The notes under the pieces: generated by a model
The model's database searches: none
What the model was told of the DNA's origin: nothing
Seen by the model: the letters and a program-made list of their open reading frames with translations, nothing else
In this document: one piece after another, positions 60,397 through 64,000 of the stretch
How positions within the stretch are numbered: position 1 is the first letter of the stretch
How the letters are laid out: each line of letters begins with the position of its first letter
Translations under genes and position numbers: made by a program
Source of the DNA: Lobosporangium transversale
Taxonomy: Eukaryota
Assembly: GCF_002105155.1 (NCBI RefSeq)
Contig: NW_019029015.1
Span: 62,001 to 126,000 of the forward strand
Length of the DNA stretch: 64,000 nt
Direction: 5' to 3'

Positions 60397-63198
60397 CCTC
60401 CATTTTTGTTTGGTGCCACAGACGCGCGTCAGTGTATTTTATTTCAAGCAATGGTAACTCCTATCCCTATCCTCACCAAAATGATTTTTGTCATTTGACC
60501 CCAACTCTGGGAACAACAATGTTGGGCGAGTACAATTCCAGAAATAACTTCTAATCTACTCAACGTAGATGTTTTCTTATTTACTCATGAAGGAAAGCAT
60601 GAAAATATATAGTGGACAGCTATTGGCTTCAGCCATATTGATCCATACTTTCAAACCAGTCGATGCCTCGTACTTTCCGCTGCGAGGTAGGTATCCCTCA
60701 GTGCTCATGTGCGAGCTCAGAATACAAAAAGCACATTCATTAGTTCAATGGTATACTTTTAAATGATCCATCACAAAGTCCCGTCGATCATTAGGAGCCG
60801 TAGGCTCCAAGACGAAGAGACCAAAGGCGCGTTTATGAAACAGGGGCTCATCGAAGTCAAGAAGAAAACTCCTTGGTCCTTAACAGCGTTTCAGTTGATC
60901 GATTAGTTCAGATATTTCCGGACTGGCTGTCAAAGAGAGATCAAAAGTTGTTTTTATGTTCGTCGCCAGGTGGGAGCTTTTTATTGAAGTCCCGCCATGA
61001 CCGTCACACAACGGAACACATCCATCTCAAAAAGGATGAATATCAACGATGAAAACAACAACGACAATTTTAACACCCCTTCGGACGGCAACTCCGGTCC
61101 ATCAACCTTGGAGGACAACCCCCGTTCCACCGACTACTCTGTCCTTATGAATAAAAATGAAAGGCCCCAAAGCAATCGTTATAATCAATTCGTTACGACT
61201 TGGATCTATAATGAAATGACCTCGTATTAGTGCGGATCGAGCAACCAACCGCTACCTCCCAGAGCGCTAGGTTTCCACGGTTATATGAAGGGCCCTGCAC
61301 CATCGTCCCACCGCTATCTAATAGTACCCACCTTATCATAGACACCTCTGGAAACCAAGGGATCGCTACATGGATCGTCTGAAACCTTACGCCGCCCACA
61401 CGCAAATGATTCCTTCCTGAGTTGTACTCCCAAGCCTCGATACGTAATACCAGTCCCCACCGCAAGGCAAAATGGTAGTTTAAAGTTTCTCCCTTGAAAT
61501 TCACATGCTCATCTGTACTAAACATGTTCATTATAGATCGTTAGTAGTGGTAAGCTATTCAGACTTCTAGTAAGGAGCCGACCGGGTCCGTGGTACCCTC
61601 CAAGCTCTGTTGTTCCTTCGTCTCTGGGTATGAGGATCCTGTTGTCATCGCGACGGGGAGAGAATGGAAAAGGATTATTGGAGGTCGTTTGAATGTGATG
61701 GATCGTTCTGTTTATAGTTGCAGATGCTACAAGGGAAAGGATAGAGTTGATTCTTGAGTTGTATATAAGTTCCATATGTTTGGTTAATGGAAGTGAACAC
61801 GAAAATGATAGTTGAGTATGTATGTATAGATCCTTTCTTCCACTTTATGAAGATTCGTCTTCTTAGGTGAAATATGCATGGAATCATAATAGGTAATAAG
61901 AATAAAAGGTTTGTTTATAAATCTCCGTTAACAACATCACAGAAATGACTGGCTAGATGCAACAAGTCGGCTTCATCTTTACATGGACTTCGTCTTGTAT
62001 CTTTGAAGTTCTTTATGCAGCTAGTGAAGGTCATTTCGAAGTACGGGAAGTACTACAGATAGAACTATCATGTCGATATCAAACATGATCTTGTCTAAAA
62101 CGATTTTTCAAGCGTTCTCTGATTCACGAGCTGCGTTTTGCTAATAGGGATGTAAATCTTATTTACTCTCTTTAATATCGCTATTATATTGGAAGTGTAC
62201 CACCAAAGCAAGCGACTCGTTCACTCGGTTTAGTTGATACTATGGTGTTTGCCGATCGGTACAGTGTCAAAAGAAATGGTTCCCAATGATACCAATTGGA
62301 GAGGTTTCCTAGTCAGAGCAGTTCCACCGAGCGAAAGCGAAATAGAGACGACAGATCCGACATGCAAGATGGACAGTAGTGTTCCAGACATGCAGCAGCT
62401 TATTTTACATAGTAACACTATCAAAACCTTGGGGTCTCAAGCTTAAGAGCTTCTGAAAAATGTTCACGGCATGCAAAGAAGGGTATCACAGGTCAGTGTG
62501 AGACTCAAGAAAAACGAAGGCGGTGCTAAAAGCCAAGCGCGCAAGATACTTATCCCGCAAAAGAAGAAGTTGAAGGAAGGAACAATGAAACCTGTCCTAT
62601 TACTGAAACAAGATTGAGTGTGTTGAAATTTTCAGGCGATGTCAAGTTGATACAGCGATACTACTCGGGCTGAACGTACGATGTAGCGGAAAAGGTTTTT
62701 CAGTTCAATATTTCCAATTTTCTTCAAGTCACCGACGGTCAAGGCATCTGTTGTCACGGATCAATTATTCAGACAATAAGTGAAACTATTCCGTATTCCG
62801 TAGATACTCAACGAGATAAGAGCTCATATCAAACAGTACCATGTGCTCTCTCTGGTAAACTAGTTTTATATTGACGCCTTCGGTGAATACTTTGAGAACG
62901 TATTTGGATCATGGAATGTTAAACTACTCCTATCCACACGCACCTGTCAACAAGTACTAGAACAGGATTCATTTTAACGCCAATGGACCTCATAAAGCTT
63001 TTATAACAATAATGCTCCATTAAGTCTACTAGAAGCCGTTTATAAAAAAAGAGAGAGAGAGGAGAGGCAAGATTGGAGTCCATGGGGAGGTTTTTTTTTA
63101 TTTTTTTATTTTATTTTATTTTTTTGATTATTTTAATATACAGGATAACATTGTATGCTGAGGAGACTACATGAGTTTGCTTCCTGGTCTAGGTTTTT

Positions 63199-64000
63199 TT
63201 ATGCAGCAGAATCGTAATGAGGCATATTGATACCCTCGGCGATCAACTTATTCTTTGCAGCGTCAGCTCTAGCACCTCTGAGCTGAATCTCCTCAGTAGT
63301 ACCGCCTCCAACATTGGGACCATGCCACTCGACCAGCAAGTGATCAACAACAGTCCACACGCCCATGTCAGCCATATGTGGGATCACTTCATATTCAGCA
63401 CCTTCAATATCCATCTTGACGACCACAAAGTCACGTGGAAGAGTGTTACGGAGCAACCAGCCAGAAATATTGATCCCAGTCAAATCTGTACCTTTGCTCT
63501 GTGAGCGAACAGCATCAGGATGGGAAGCGTAGATAGATGAACCCCAGTAATCGTGAGCAGCGTTGACAGTATCGAGGTAGAAAGTACGGATGCCATCCCT
63601 AACATCAACAACAGTCGAAGGAAAGATATTGACCTTGATACCAAGGTCATCATAATGTTGCTTCGCCTTTACAAGAGGCTCGTTGAAAACGGGATTGGCC
63701 TCAAACAGATAGATTTCTAAAATCAATAAAAAAAAAATAATAATGATAATAATAAATAAAGTGTTAAGCTTGGTTACTCAATGAACAAAATAAGGACACA
63801 CACATAGTTGACATGCCAATAAAGCACCCCCATGATCAAAACCACTAAAAATAAAAGACTCGTACCAGCATCTTCATAGTTAGCCCATTCTGGACGAGGG
63901 AAGTTATAGTTGAACTTTGTATTTGGTCTCTTCAAAAAGACATCGAGCGAATCCGCACGGTTGGCGCCCAAATCAACGAAGATGTAACGAGGTTTGCCTG
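63199..64000 (-). CDS. FkbM-family SAM-dependent methyltransferase-like protein, 5' end outside window
   Basis: YIFVDLGAN, IYLFEANP, VVVKMDIEGAEYEV, LLVEWH motifs; one intron about 63718-63864. Confidence 0.82.

Noticed and set aside
60760..62900. Possible decayed gene or transposase
   Set aside because: Only short ORFs, no recognisable motif or termini.

Overview
Eukaryotic, intron-rich fungal genomic DNA with very frequent 15-30 nt poly(A)/poly(T) tracts; gene style suggests an early-diverging fungus (Mucoromycota, probably Mortierellaceae; inferred, not searched). The flanks hold host genes: an EF-hand-fused mitochondrial carrier, a probable REC114, a rhodanese-PTP phosphatase, Rab7/Ypt7, an intronless PA1994/DUF1089-like gene, an EngB GTPase, TOM7, a Kelch-BTB protein, RPL24 and a FkbM-type methyltransferase. 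The centre (23516-44963, about 21.4 kb) is bounded by 258-bp terminal inverted repeats with TA on each side. It carries unexplained cargo ORFs and a stack of nested elements: a 97-bp hAT MITE; a Tc1 with both TIRs and DD39E spacing; two Tc1 fragments; a decayed Ty3 element holding an antisense, intron-containing Crypton tyrosine-recombinase gene between its chromodomain and PPT; a minisatellite; and a young intact Ty3/Gypsy chromovirus with a -1 frameshift signal. Exon boundaries were read by eye and family names come from motif recognition, not database searches.
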